A stretch of DNA of 64,000 nt, taken from contig JAWACY010000001.1 of the NCBI GenBank assembly GCA_038896535.1, positions 192,001 through 256,000 of the forward strand, in the 5' to 3' direction. The translations under genes and the position numbers were made by a program. Each line of letters opens with the position of its first letter. Within the stretch, counting starts at the first letter, position 1. Under the pieces are notes generated by a model. It did not search any database, had not been told where the DNA came from, and saw only the letters and a program-made list of their open reading frames with translations. Positions 18,621 to 29,358 of this stretch are shown here, one piece after another. Origin of the DNA: Candidatus Anstonellales archaeon (GTDB lineage Archaea; Micrarchaeota; Micrarchaeia; Anstonellales; J096).

Positions 18621-20201
18621 TTAAATTTTTGTTAATAAAAGTTTTTCCATAGATATTGGGGACATTGTTTCAAATGATTTTAATGCTAATGTAAGCCTTT
18701 CCTCATTATGGCTATAAATTGTCATTATTTTATCTCCTTTTTTTACAACATCGCCTTTTGCTTTCCATAAATAAATGCCAGCCCCTTTATCCATTGGAGC
18801 GCCAGCAATTCTTGCTATTCTTGATATGCCCTTATTGTCAATATGCTCTATTCTGCCATCTTTTTCAGCTATTATATCTATGCTTACATCGCCAATTTTT
18901 ATATCTTCTGACTTAATGTTAGGATTTCCCCCCTGCGCTTCTATTATCTCTTTCATCTTTTTTAATGCCTTACCTGAATTTAATATACTTTCTGCCATAG
19001 CAATGCCTTCCCCAAGTTTTGCTTTACCGCAAAGTTCAAGCAAAGTGCCAGCAATAAGAATTGCTTTTTCTTTTAAATCTGTTGGTCCTTTGCCTTCAAG
19101 GACTGAAAGCACATCTCTTGCTTCAAGCGCAGGACCAATACCATTGCCAATAGGTTCTGAGCCATCAGTAATAATGACAGCAGTATTAATGCCCAATCTT
19201 GTTGCAACGGTTTTAAATTTTTCCCCCATTGTTCTTCCCTCTTCTATATCTTCAACCTTTGCACCTCTCCCAATAGGTATGTCTATGATCAAATGTTTTG
19301 AACCAACTGCTTTTTTCTTAGCTAATATGCTTGCCATCATAACGCCTAATGGATCAAGCCTTAATGGCCTTCTTATTGCTATCATTTTATCATCTGCTGG
19401 AGCTATGTTAACGCCGCCTCCCCATACTATTGCGCCACCAACTTTTTTTGTTATTCTCTCCAGTTCTTCTAAGCTAAATTCAACAGGAGCAAGAACCTCC
19501 ATTGTATCAGCTGTTCCAGCAGGGGATGTTATTGCTCTGCTGCTTGTTTTTGGCATTAATGCCCCAGCAGCAGCTATTATTGGCACAACAACCATAGTTG
19601 TTCTGTTTGCAGCTACCCCGCCAATACAATGTTTATCAACAACATATTTTGAATCAAATGATATTTGCCCACCGCTTGAAACCATACCTTCTATTAAGCC
19701 TATAATTTCATCATCATCAAGCCCTCTTATTTGTGCAGCAACAAGAAAAGCAGCTATTTCTGGTTCTGCAAGTTTATTGTCAACGATATCTCTTACATAT
19801 GCTTTGAGTTCAGCATCAGATAATTTTGCCCCATTTATCTTTTTTATTATTCCTTCAATGCTTGTTGGAATTGGCATATGCCTTATTTCAAGTAAATCCC
19901 CATCCTTTATGTCTATTGCTTTCCTCACTTCTTCAAATATACCAACAAAGCCCCTGGCAATAACGCTTTGAGAAACATCAACAATTGCTACTGCTTCTTT
20001 ATCTCCTTTTTTTACTATAACTCTATTCCCTGGATATATGCTCATCTCTCTTGATTCCTGCTCATTTAATACTATAATATTTTTTCCAGCTTCAATATCA
20101 AATACCTTTGCCTGTACAATATAAAGTTTTTCTGCATAAACCTTTATCTCTTTGCTTGTTTTTAATGAAATATCAACACTATCGTAATGACCTTTTACCA
20201 A
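18621..20201 (-). CDS. deoA: AMP phosphorylase (thymidine phosphorylase family)
   Basis: DKHCIGGV, PKTSSRAITSPAGTAD, SILAKK, GIGPALEA, ARIAGAP; extra N-terminal domain; TTG start after GGTGGT. Confidence 0.95.
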   Translation of the reverse strand: MVKGHYDSVDISLKTSKEIKVYAEKLYIVQAKVFDIEAGKNIIVLNEQESREMSIYPGNRVIVKKGDKEAVAIVDVSQSVIARGFVGIFEEVRKAIDIKDGDLLEIRHMPIPTSIEGIIKKINGAKLSDAELKAYVRDIVDNKLAEPEIAAFLVAAQIRGLDDDEIIGLIEGMVSSGGQISFDSKYVVDKHCIGGVAANRTTMVVVPIIAAAGALMPKTSSRAITSPAGTADTMEVLAPVEFSLEELERITKKVGGAIVWGGGVNIAPADDKMIAIRRPLRLDPLGVMMASILAKKKAVGSKHLIIDIPIGRGAKVEDIEEGRTMGEKFKTVATRLGINTAVIITDGSEPIGNGIGPALEARDVLSVLEGKGPTDLKEKAILIAGTLLELCGKAKLGEGIAMAESILNSGKALKKMKEIIEAQGGNPNIKSEDIKIGDVSIDIIAEKDGRIEHIDNKGISRIARIAGAPMDKGAGIYLWKAKGDVVKKGDKIMTIYSHNEERLTLALKSFETMSPISMEKLLLTKI

Positions 20202-20251
20202 TTTACCACCTTATTTTCCTCATTAATAATCGATACTCGTATTTTTAAATT

Positions 20252-20893
20252 TTATTTTTCTCTTATTTCTGCATCTTTTATTATTAGCTCCCCCCAGTCC
20301 TTATGCCATTTTATCTCTTTTTTAAGAATGATAATTCTTGAGTTGAAGAATGGCGCATCAAGAACAGCTGTTTCAGCTTCGCCACCCTCAAAAAATGGAT
20401 GTATAAATTCATTTTTTATATCTTTAAATTGCTTGCCAAGGCAATTTTTATCTAAGCCATATGCAGAAACTTTAACAACTAAAATTTCCATATCTTCATA
20501 TGCTTGCAATAATGAGAACCTTTTCCATAAAGGACAGAATGCTGGCACATGCAATTTTTCACTTATATAATCTATTCTTTGCTTTTGGTATTCGCTCTCA
20601 ACTGCACCAGAGCATATTGCATCAAACTCAAGTTCTTCTTTTAATTTTTTTAAGCACGTTAACATTTCTGATACTTCCCTTTCTTTTATACCAGAAACAT
20701 AAAACATGTAATGATGCATACCCAATGCCTTTGCCTGTAATTTTGTCAGATTAAGATTTTCGCTATGCAGCATATAGCTATGTTTCCTTTTTGGCATGAA
20801 TGTGACTAATATTGTTTCATAACCATTTGATTCCATCAAATGCGCAGCAAGTGTTGAATCTTTACCGCCAGTAAATAAACAAGCGACCCTCAT
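20252..20893 (-). CDS. dph6: Diphthine-ammonia ligase (Dph6)
   Basis: FTGGKDS PP-loop, SYMLH, GAVESEYQ, EGGEAETAVLDAPFF. Confidence 0.9.
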   Translation of the reverse strand: MRVACLFTGGKDSTLAAHLMESNGYETILVTFMPKRKHSYMLHSENLNLTKLQAKALGMHHYMFYVSGIKEREVSEMLTCLKKLKEELEFDAICSGAVESEYQKQRIDYISEKLHVPAFCPLWKRFSLLQAYEDMEILVVKVSAYGLDKNCLGKQFKDIKNEFIHPFFEGGEAETAVLDAPFFNSRIIILKKEIKWHKDWGELIIKDAEIREK

Positions 20894-21897
20894 GCTCTCT
20901 TCTTTTTATATTTTCCATATTGCTTGCTGAATTTTTTGATTATTAAAAATGCAACCAGTATTAAAATAATAATTAATAAGGCAACCGCAATAATATAAAG
21001 TGTAAAATTATTCTGTTCTTTTTTTGTCTGCTCTGGTTTTTCTTCTACAAAAGGCTCTGTTTTGCTTTCATTTGCAATTTCTTTTGTTTCATTTTTCTGT
21101 TCCTTAATTACTTCCTCAGCCTTTTTTATCTTTGTTATATTTATTTCTAAACTAAATATTGCATTGTCTTTTAAGGCATAAATATTGTTATCCCAGCTTT
21201 CTAATGATGTTATATTTTCATAAGAACTTACTATATAAGAGCAATCGCTTTTATTATAAACATTAAGAGTTCCATTATAAAGGCCCAATATATAAAGGTC
21301 ATTAACTGCTATCTGTGTTGCATTTATACTGCAAAATGTTTTTCTTTCCAGATCAAATGGTATTATAATAAGATTATTTAATTTTTTATTATCAAGAAAA
21401 TAAAACGCATCTGATACAGAACCATGGATAAAAGAGCCATGCTCCCCATATTTTGTTTTTACATATCCGTTAAATGATAATGTTGCGTTATATATTGATA
21501 TTACTCCATAACTGTCTGCTGCAAGTATTGTATTATTTTTAGCCAGCATGACATTTTTACCATAATCATTAGCATATGTTGTTGGATTGAATAAACCAAT
21601 AATTTTAGATGGAGTTGAGTAATAAATATAAGTCCTATTATTATAATTTGTTTCGACAACGTCAAGAGCTTTTAAATTTTCTATCGTTACATCAAAGCTT
21701 TTTTCATTATCTTTAACATATATTTTCCCATCCCTGTTATTTATGAAATAGAATGTTTTGTCAAAAACCCTGAATTTTTCTAATTCCCTAAATTGTATAT
21801 CGCTTATTTTTTTATAGCTTACATTAATTGCTATCTCTTCATTTTGCCCAAACATTAAAAAGCACAGGAATAAAATTATGAATAATCTATTTATCAT
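20890..21897 (-). CDS. Hypothetical surface protein: signal peptide, beta-rich ectodomain, C-terminal TM anchor
   Basis: N-terminal hydrophobic signal, many short beta-like segments, C-terminal TM followed by a basic tail. Confidence 0.75.
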   Translation of the reverse strand: MINRLFIILFLCFLMFGQNEEIAINVSYKKISDIQFRELEKFRVFDKTFYFINNRDGKIYVKDNEKSFDVTIENLKALDVVETNYNNRTYIYYSTPSKIIGLFNPTTYANDYGKNVMLAKNNTILAADSYGVISIYNATLSFNGYVKTKYGEHGSFIHGSVSDAFYFLDNKKLNNLIIIPFDLERKTFCSINATQIAVNDLYILGLYNGTLNVYNKSDCSYIVSSYENITSLESWDNNIYALKDNAIFSLEINITKIKKAEEVIKEQKNETKEIANESKTEPFVEEKPEQTKKEQNNFTLYIIAVALLIIILILVAFLIIKKFSKQYGKYKKKRA

Positions 21898-22657
21898 TTT
21901 TTTCTACCCCTCTTATTATTCTATTAAGTTTTTTATATATGGCAGGAGATGAAACAAAAACATTGTTGTCTTTTTCATTAAACATACTTCTAATTTTGCA
22001 TCCAGCATTTTTTGCTATTAATAAAGCAGCAGAAACATCCCAAGGCTTTACATCTATGCCAATAAAAGCATTAAATCTGCCAGAAGCAACATAACATATT
22101 TCAAGTGCAGCACTACCAAATTTTCTTATATCCCTGGTTTTATATTTTAACACGCTTAATAAGTTTATGAACCTTCTTATACTTTTATCGTTATTACTAT
22201 GACATGTGCCAAGAAATGCCCTTTTTATTTCATCATTATATGATGGTTTTATTATTTTTCCATTCAAATATGAAAATCCATTGTTCTTTGCATAAAACAT
22301 CTCATTTAGTATTGGGTTATAAACAACTGCACATATTGTATCTTTTCTGTATTTAAGAGCAATTGAGACATTAAAAAATGGAACATGATGCACAAAATTT
22401 GCTGTTCCGTCTAATGGGTCTATTACCCACAAATAATCCTTATCAATGTAATGAGCTCCAGATTCTTCTGCCAATATGCTATGCCTTGGAAAATATTTTT
22501 TTATCTCTTTTTTTATTATCTGCTCAGATTCCTTATCCGCTTTTGTTACTATATCTCTTATGCCCTTTTCTTCTTCTTTTACATGCATGTCGAAATATTT
22601 CTTTAATAAATCCCCGGCCTTTCTTGCTATTATTTTAGCTCTTTCTAAATACTCCAT
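21887..22657 (-). CDS. suhB: Inositol monophosphatase family protein
   Basis: DIVTKAD, ILAEE, WVIDPLDGTANF, GSAALE, PWDVSAA; likely start at ATG 22657. Confidence 0.92.
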   Translation of the reverse strand: MEYLERAKIIARKAGDLLKKYFDMHVKEEEKGIRDIVTKADKESEQIIKKEIKKYFPRHSILAEESGAHYIDKDYLWVIDPLDGTANFVHHVPFFNVSIALKYRKDTICAVVYNPILNEMFYAKNNGFSYLNGKIIKPSYNDEIKRAFLGTCHSNNDKSIRRFINLLSVLKYKTRDIRKFGSAALEICYVASGRFNAFIGIDVKPWDVSAALLIAKNAGCKIRSMFNEKDNNVFVSSPAIYKKLNRIIRGVEKNDK

Positions 22658-22711
22658 ATATGATAAATGAAAATGGTTTTTAAAATCTTTCAATGCAAAG
22701 AAATTTTATAT

Positions 22712-22784
22712 GCCTCAGTAGCTCAGCTGGAAGAGCGACCGCCTTGTAAGCGGTAGGTCGGGGGTTCAAATCCCTCCTGGGGCT
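22712..22784 (+). tRNA. tRNA-Thr(TGT)
   Basis: GCCTCAG/CTGGGGC acceptor, ACCGC-CTTGTAA-GCGGT anticodon arm, TTCAAAT T loop. Confidence 0.96.
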
Positions 22785-22788
22785 CTGG

Positions 22789-22892
22789 GTAAGAAGGCAA
22801 ATTAACTTATACACACGCCTTCTTACAAACATCCCGCCCCTATTATTCCCTGTGGTAAGAAGGCACTAACCCTATTACACACGCCTTCTTAC
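22789..22892. repeat. Two 38-bp hairpin repeats (same family as 15513-15664) starting 4 nt after tRNA-Thr
   Basis: Copies at 22789-22826 and 22855-22892; linker ATCCCGCCCCTATTATTCCCTGTG nearly identical to that at the tRNA-Leu locus. Confidence 0.95.
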
Positions 22893-22947
22893 AAATATCT
22901 GATTCATGTTATTGGATTCTTAAGTGAGGCAAAATCTTTATGGGCAG

Positions 22948-24093
22948 TTATTGTTCAATGTAAGATAAAAGGATAGTAGCACTAACTGCATCTGGTCCGT
23001 TATTTAATAAAATAATGAAATCATTGTTATTTAATTCACATATTGTAGTAAAATAAGCAGCATTTTTTATGCTACAATTTTTATAAACAAATACGCCTCT
23101 AGCACTTGTTTCTTTAAACTTCTCATAATTTTTTTCATCTAAAATGTATAATGTTATTGGTTTACTAGCATTTATTGATATTTTATAATTTCCATCTTCT
23201 GAAGAGCATTTTTTATAAGAATAATAATAAAAAGGCGGCATTAAAATTGTTTCATTAATATCATTTACATAAACTTGGTATGTTATTTTTTCATACATAA
23301 TATCATTTGTATCATTGCTGTGCTCATACCCAAGTATATGCCCTATTTCATGTTTTGCAATTTTCTCTATTGTTTTTGGGCTATAAAATTGATAGCGGTC
23401 ATAACATTTGTTGTCGCCCAATCCGATATCTATTAATACACCACCAACCTCTGCCTCCCCAATTTTTTCTTCTGATATTTCTTTGAACCACTTTAAAATT
23501 ATTGTTTCATTATTTCTCTCATTTGTTTCATAAAAGCTTATGCCTGTTTTTGCGCTCCAATAATCAAATGCATTTTTTATAGCATTTTTGTATGACTCCC
23601 TTAGATCATTAGAGAGTGATTGTGGTAAATCATTTATATAATATGATATTTTATCAAAAACAAGAACTGCAGTAGAATTTTCTAAAATTCCATTTTTACT
23701 TATACCAATTATTTTTATATTATAAAGCCCTGGTTCATATAAAATAAGTTTATCCCTTTCATCTTCTGGAAGTGTTAAATCTTTGTTTAAATTTATTGTT
23801 CTGTTTTCTATTATTGAATGATCTTTCAACCTTTGTATTTCTATATAACATTTTATATTTTCATCTTGCATATCATAGCACGAGTATTCCAAATTTAGAA
23901 AGAGGGGCGGTTTACTTTCATTTTTCATTACTTTTATCCAAATAGCATTATATGAAATTGTCTTGTTTTCTTCATGCACAGCAGTTGTTTGTTCTTCATT
24001 AATATTTTTTTCTGTAACATTAGAAAAGCATCCAGAAAAAAATAAGCAAAAAGCAAAAATTATAAGGCATTTTTTCATAAATTCATTTATCAT
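22948..24093 (-). CDS. Matrixin (M10)-family metalloprotease lipoprotein
   Basis: HEIGHILGYEHS zinc motif followed by DIMY Met-turn; AFDYWS; FSGC lipobox-like motif. Confidence 0.88.
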   Translation of the reverse strand: MINEFMKKCLIIFAFCLFFSGCFSNVTEKNINEEQTTAVHEENKTISYNAIWIKVMKNESKPPLFLNLEYSCYDMQDENIKCYIEIQRLKDHSIIENRTINLNKDLTLPEDERDKLILYEPGLYNIKIIGISKNGILENSTAVLVFDKISYYINDLPQSLSNDLRESYKNAIKNAFDYWSAKTGISFYETNERNNETIILKWFKEISEEKIGEAEVGGVLIDIGLGDNKCYDRYQFYSPKTIEKIAKHEIGHILGYEHSNDTNDIMYEKITYQVYVNDINETILMPPFYYYSYKKCSSEDGNYKISINASKPITLYILDEKNYEKFKETSARGVFVYKNCSIKNAAYFTTICELNNNDFIILLNNGPDAVSATILLSYIEQ

Positions 24094-24108
24094 TGGTATT
24101 TAAAATTA

Positions 24109-24600
24109 TTAGTCAAATCTGAAATTTACTATGCCAAGAAATGTTATGGCATTGTTTTCTTTTACTGCATACACCAAGCCCTTTTTCATCATTAAAGCCT
24201 TTGTTATATCATTTTTAGCTGTTTTTGCACTTATATATTCACTATCTTTTATTACTCTCATTAAATAAGCAGTTCTGTCTTTTCCTTGCCTAAAACCCTT
24301 TTTTCCAACCAGTAAATAAGTATTGCCCTCATTATCAATGGTTTCTCTTGCTATATAGCCATTATCTCTTAAATATTTGAAAACTTCATACGTATGTCTA
24401 TTTTTTTCTATATAATCTTTTACCTCATCTATGCCCTTTATTTCGTTCTTTATTTCTTCCTTATCTATGAGTCCATTTTCAAGAGCATAGAATAACTCAA
24501 ATTCTGTTAATAAGAGTTTTTCTCCTTGTTTTAAGCCTATCCCAACATTATAAACTTTTTCATATTTGACTCTATTTCTATTTATATCAAGGCTTTGCAT
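24109..24600 (-). CDS. tRNA-splicing endonuclease-like protein, probably a non-catalytic structural subunit
   Basis: LLLTEFELFYALENG and YEVFKYLRDNGY match the EndA fold; the catalytic Tyr and His positions appear to be replaced. Confidence 0.7.
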   Translation of the reverse strand: MQSLDINRNRVKYEKVYNVGIGLKQGEKLLLTEFELFYALENGLIDKEEIKNEIKGIDEVKDYIEKNRHTYEVFKYLRDNGYIARETIDNEGNTYLLVGKKGFRQGKDRTAYLMRVIKDSEYISAKTAKNDITKALMMKKGLVYAVKENNAITFLGIVNFRFD

Positions 24601-24648
24601 ATATAAATAATAAAAAGGAATTAAAAAATTATAACACCTTATAATATT

Positions 24649-25716
24649 ATGCAGTTATGCTTTATATGCAAGCAAAGATTTAGGCTTCCATTTCAAGAAG
24701 GTTGCTGCTCAATATGCAGAGATAATAGTATGGTTTTTGCGTATAATATAAAAAATAGCATTATCAATAAGCCAGAAGGAGCAAGAACCTTTTATATTAA
24801 AGGCATAAATACAAAAAGACTTACTGAATGCATGCTTAATGAAGAGGTTTTTTTTAATTTCTCTATTGGGCAGAGTATAAAATCTTGGATGAATGCATAT
24901 GCACTGCAAAAGATAAAAGAAAAAACAGGGCTTGAACCAAAAACAAGAAACCCAGATGTTTATTATCTAATATCTTTTCCAGATGGATTGGTTGGTTTTG
25001 AATATGGAGACGTTTTTATATATGGCAAATACAACAAATTAAAGTCCGGGATTAGCCAAAAAAGATGGAAAAAATATGAAAAATCAGTTGAGTCAATAAT
25101 TGGAGAAATTGCTCTTAACTATTTTCAGGCAGGTGCATATTATTTACATTGCTCTGGCAGAGAAGATGTTGATGTCATGAATTTTGGTTATAGGCCATTT
25201 GTAATAGAATTAAAAAGCGCAAAAAAACGCTGGCTTGATTTAAAGGCATTAGAAGAAAAGATAAATAAAAGTGAAGAAGTTAAAGTAATTATAAACGGCT
25301 ATGTTAGAGACAATTTTGTGAAGCTCGTTAGCAATAGCCATTTTGATAAAGTATATAAGGCATATATTTATCCAGCATTAACAGAAGAAGAAAAAGAAAA
25401 ATTAAAAAATATAAAAGACCTAGTAATAAATCAGAAAACTCCAAAAAGAGTGCTCTCAAGGAGGGCAGACAAATTGAGAAAAAGAAAAATATATTCAATT
25501 GATTTTGATGAAGATAATGCCATGATCATTAAAGCTGAAGCAGGAACTTATATAAAAGAGTTTATAAGCGGCGATGATGGCAGGACAAGCCCAAGCATTT
25601 CAAGTATTATAGGAAAGCAAGCCTATTGCAAACAGCTGTTAGTGAATGAAATAAAAAGCGATTTTCTTGATTTTGTTTTTGAAAAATCTAATAAATATAA
25701 CTATTTGGCCATGTGA
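24649..25716 (+). CDS. pus10: tRNA pseudouridine(54/55) synthase Pus10
   Basis: N-terminal CxxC pairs, GKYNK...ISQ, SGREDVDV, QKTPKRV, AEAGTYIKEFISGDDGRTSPS. Confidence 0.93.
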   Translation: MQLCFICKQRFRLPFQEGCCSICRDNSMVFAYNIKNSIINKPEGARTFYIKGINTKRLTECMLNEEVFFNFSIGQSIKSWMNAYALQKIKEKTGLEPKTRNPDVYYLISFPDGLVGFEYGDVFIYGKYNKLKSGISQKRWKKYEKSVESIIGEIALNYFQAGAYYLHCSGREDVDVMNFGYRPFVIELKSAKKRWLDLKALEEKINKSEEVKVIINGYVRDNFVKLVSNSHFDKVYKAYIYPALTEEEKEKLKNIKDLVINQKTPKRVLSRRADKLRKRKIYSIDFDEDNAMIIKAEAGTYIKEFISGDDGRTSPSISSIIGKQAYCKQLLVNEIKSDFLDFVFEKSNKYNYLAM

Positions 25717-25753
25717 TGTTAATGGCAATAAAATAGCTTTAATTATCTATTGT

Positions 25754-27010
25754 CTATCTAGTGTCTAAATACATAACTTTTATGAAATATGCTATTATTG
25801 CGAGTATTGCAATGCCTATAATAATTAAGAGTGTTTTTACTATATCTATTTGTTGCACTATTTCTTCCTTTATTTCAGTTCTCCCTTGCTCGTATGTTAT
25901 ATCGGCATTTACCACTCTCTTGTTTCCTGCTTTATCATATAGTTCTAATATAAATGAGTTTTTATCTTTCAGGCCGATAAGTTTTACAAAATATTCATTT
26001 TTTTTCAGGCTAACAGGCATTTCCAGGCCATTCAGATATGCTTTAACGCCAGCAATGCCAGATGCAAACCTGCCTTCATCAGAAACAAAGAATTTTGCAC
26101 TTAAGCTGCCATCCTCCAAGCTTTTTTCGATAAAAAGACCAGCAAGCCTTGGAGCATGAATATCAATGTAATAATTTAATCCCTTTTCTGTATCAACATT
26201 TAATTTTATCTCATTACCAGCAGTGTATAAAAATGCTTCATAAGTGCCTGAGAATATTGGTATTATCAGCATTTCTCCATTTGAGCTATAGCTCTTTCCA
26301 TCTATTGTTATGTTAAAAGGCAGCGGATTCTCATAATCATCAAAGACTCTTGCAGGCATATTAACCTTTCTGAATGATATGACTATTGATGATCCGTTAT
26401 CTATCGTTGTGTTAAAATACTTCTTTATTCCCTTGTCTCTTAATATAGCATATCCATCTATATTCCCTGCAGGCAGGGTCAAATAAAGGCCTGCATCGCT
26501 AATATTGAATTCATGGCCACTAGAAAATACTATGCTAGCATTTGTCTCTTTATCCTCTTCAAAAACTTTTATTGGCACGGTATAAGAATCAACCTTTATT
26601 AGCGTTACATCGGAGATATTTTTTAAATCGATTTTTGTGCTCCAGTTTTTGCCAAGAAGAGAATAATAAACAGTTATTATACAATCAAGCTTTTCTTCAT
26701 TCTCTTCATTGTTTGATACAAAAAATGTTAATTTACCATCACTGCCAGTTTTTCTCGTTGTTGTTTCAACATAAATTGGTTGGAAACTTCCATTTATGTA
26801 TCTGCCTATTGTTGTGCTCTGCTGGTAATAAAGCTTTGCCTCTACATTTGCTGCAGCAATGAAGTTGTTGTCTACAAATTGTATCTTTATTTCTTCTTTG
26901 AATTTTGGCTTGCATAAATTGGCTGAAAATGCAAGGTTAAAAATTAATATTAATAGAAAAAGCAGTGTAAAATACCTTTTATTGATGACTCTATTATTTT
27001 TCAGCATCAT
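25754..27010 (-). CDS. Hypothetical surface protein (signal peptide, beta-sandwich-like repeats, C-terminal TM)
   Basis: N-terminal hydrophobic signal, YDKAGN Ig-like turn, C-terminal hydrophobic anchor. Confidence 0.75.
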   Translation of the reverse strand: MMLKNNRVINKRYFTLLFLLILIFNLAFSANLCKPKFKEEIKIQFVDNNFIAAANVEAKLYYQQSTTIGRYINGSFQPIYVETTTRKTGSDGKLTFFVSNNEENEEKLDCIITVYYSLLGKNWSTKIDLKNISDVTLIKVDSYTVPIKVFEEDKETNASIVFSSGHEFNISDAGLYLTLPAGNIDGYAILRDKGIKKYFNTTIDNGSSIVISFRKVNMPARVFDDYENPLPFNITIDGKSYSSNGEMLIIPIFSGTYEAFLYTAGNEIKLNVDTEKGLNYYIDIHAPRLAGLFIEKSLEDGSLSAKFFVSDEGRFASGIAGVKAYLNGLEMPVSLKKNEYFVKLIGLKDKNSFILELYDKAGNKRVVNADITYEQGRTEIKEEIVQQIDIVKTLLIIIGIAILAIIAYFIKVMYLDTR

Positions 27011-29354
27011 GTTCTACACCACTATTAAAAGCTATGGCAACAGATGCTATCTCATCATCTTTTAATTTCATAAGCCTGACCCCATGGCTATTTCTCCCAT
27101 ATTCTGGTATATTTTCGCACTTAATATTTATAACCATTCCCTTTTTGCTTGTTATTATTAAATTATCACTTTTCTTTACATTCCCTGAGCAAAATACAAC
27201 ATTTTCATTTTCGCCCTTTAATTTTATATTTATTATCCCAGACCCTCCTCTTTTCTGTAATCTATAGTCATTGATATCTGTAAATCTTCCATAACCTGAT
27301 GAGGTTATTGTTAATACGCTTTTTTCTGTTATGCTTGATATGCTTATTGCATTATCCCCATTTCCTATTTTTATTGCCCTTACCCCAATTGCTGTTCTCC
27401 CGCTCTCTCTTAAATCAGATGCCTTGAATAATATTGCTTTACCCTTTTTTGTTGCTACAAGCAAAGGCTCATTATTATTTATTGTAACATCAGCAAGCGA
27501 GTCGTTTTGTTTAAATGTTATTGCTCTTATTCCATTTACCCTTATATTAGAAAAAGCATCTGCTTCAACCTTTTTTGCGATGCCCATTTTTGTAAGCATC
27601 ACTACACTCTGGCCCGGCTTTAATACAATTGCTCTCAACAATTTTTCATCACTTTCAAGTTTTATCAAATTTCCTATAAAAATGCCTTTTGCATATCTGC
27701 TTTCTATTGGTATTTCAGAGACATTCAAGCTATAAACTTTGCCCCTATCAGTGAAAACAAGGACTTTTTCATTGCTCATGGCATTTAACATTGCTAATAT
27801 ATCCTGTTCATGAGATGATATTCTTATTCCAACCCCGCCTCTGTGCTGTTCTTTTATCTCAGCAGGATTGACTCTTTTTATATACCCCTGATTTGTTATT
27901 ATGACAAGGCTTTCTTCTAAATACTCTTTTGTTTCAATGCCATGCTCTAATATTTGGGTTCTTCTATTAATAGAATAATTATTTTTTATCTCCTCTATCT
28001 CTTGTTTTATTATATTATCTATTTTTTCACTTGATGCCAATATGTCTTTGCATTCTTTAACATATCTTTCTGTTTCAAGCATCTCTTTTTTTATCGCCTC
28101 TCTTTCTAATGAAGCAAGCCTTTGTAATTTTATATCAAGTATTGCATCTGCTTGTTTTTCATCTATTCCATATGCCTTCATAAGCTCTTTTTTTGCTGTG
28201 CTGGCATTATCAGATTCTTTTATTATTTTTATAGCCCTATCTATATCAGATATTGCCATAACTATGCCTTTTAACATATGTAATTTTTCTTCTGCTTTTT
28301 TTAATCTGAATGCTGTCCTCCTTGTTATTACCTGCCTTCTAAAATCAATGAAATAATCAAGCATCTCCTCAAGCGTTAAAAGTCTTGGCCTGCCATTTAC
28401 AAGAGCAATGTTTATTGCATAATAATTTGTTTTAAGTGAAGTTGTTTCATAAAGTTTTTGTAAAACAATTTCTGGTTTATAACCCCTTTTTACTTTTATT
28501 TCTATTAAAAGGCCTTTCTTATCGCTCCTATCATGTAAATCGGCTATACCATCAACGCTGCCATTTTTAACAGCATTCACTATTTCTTCTATGATTTTTG
28601 TCTTACTTACTTTGTATGGGATTTCAGTAATCTTTATCATATCTCCATCAATTTCAGCTTTTGCCATTAAAACTATCTTTCCTTTTCCACTAGCATAAAG
28701 TTGCCTTATTCCTTCATTGCTTTGTATAATGCCCCCAGTAGGAAAATCAGGCCCTTTTATATACTCTAAAGCATTTGGTTGCTTATTCAATTTTGCTATT
28801 AATGCATTACAAACTTCTGCTAAATTGTGGGGCGGTATTTCAGAAACCATTGCTACAGCTATGCCAGAACTGCCATTTATTAGCAATTGCGGTATTTTTG
28901 ATGGCAAAACAACTGGCTCTTTTGTTGTATTATCAAAATTCGGTCTAAAATCAACAACATCCTCTTCTATGTCTGCAAGCATTTCTTCTGCAATTTTTGA
29001 TAATCTTACTTCTGTATACCTCATAGCTGCTGGGGGGTCATTATCTATGCTCCCAAAATTTCCTTGCCCGTCTATTAATGGATAAGCCATAGAGAAATCC
29101 TGTGCCATTCTAACAAGTGCTTCATACAATGCAGCATCTCCATGCGGGTGGTAATGGCCAAGAGCATGGCCAACAACTCTGGCACTTTTTATGTATGGCC
29201 TGTTATGGTAATTGTTAAGTTCTTTCATTGAATACAAAATTCTTCTATGCACTGGCTTTAGCCCATCTCTTATATCTGGCAAAGCCCTTGCGACAATAAT
29301 GCTCATTGCATAGCTTATATAACTTTTTTTCAGTTCATCTTCAACATTTACCAT
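26994..29354 (-). CDS. gyrA: DNA gyrase subunit A
   Basis: [29 protein letters not shown] active-site Tyr, GyrA-box QHRGGVG, C-terminal pinwheel repeats; likely ATG at 29354. Confidence 0.97.
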   Translation of the reverse strand: MVNVEDELKKSYISYAMSIIVARALPDIRDGLKPVHRRILYSMKELNNYHNRPYIKSARVVGHALGHYHPHGDAALYEALVRMAQDFSMAYPLIDGQGNFGSIDNDPPAAMRYTEVRLSKIAEEMLADIEEDVVDFRPNFDNTTKEPVVLPSKIPQLLINGSSGIAVAMVSEIPPHNLAEVCNALIAKLNKQPNALEYIKGPDFPTGGIIQSNEGIRQLYASGKGKIVLMAKAEIDGDMIKITEIPYKVSKTKIIEEIVNAVKNGSVDGIADLHDRSDKKGLLIEIKVKRGYKPEIVLQKLYETTSLKTNYYAINIALVNGRPRLLTLEEMLDYFIDFRRQVITRRTAFRLKKAEEKLHMLKGIVMAISDIDRAIKIIKESDNASTAKKELMKAYGIDEKQADAILDIKLQRLASLEREAIKKEMLETERYVKECKDILASSEKIDNIIKQEIEEIKNNYSINRRTQILEHGIETKEYLEESLVIITNQGYIKRVNPAEIKEQHRGGVGIRISSHEQDILAMLNAMSNEKVLVFTDRGKVYSLNVSEIPIESRYAKGIFIGNLIKLESDEKLLRAIVLKPGQSVVMLTKMGIAKKVEADAFSNIRVNGIRAITFKQNDSLADVTINNNEPLLVATKKGKAILFKASDLRESGRTAIGVRAIKIGNGDNAISISSITEKSVLTITSSGYGRFTDINDYRLQKRGGSGIINIKLKGENENVVFCSGNVKKSDNLIITSKKGMVINIKCENIPEYGRNSHGVRLMKLKDDEIASVAIAFNSGVEHDAEK

Positions 29355-29358
29355 ATGT

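Noticed and set aside
18775..19971. 398-aa plus-strand ORF
   Set aside because: Antisense shadow of AMP phosphorylase; Ser/Ile/Pro-rich with no motifs
15429..24093. Integrated provirus or genomic island bounded by tRNA-Leu and tRNA-Thr
   Set aside because: The interval holds housekeeping genes (AMP pathway, dph6, suhB) and no integrase or viral genes
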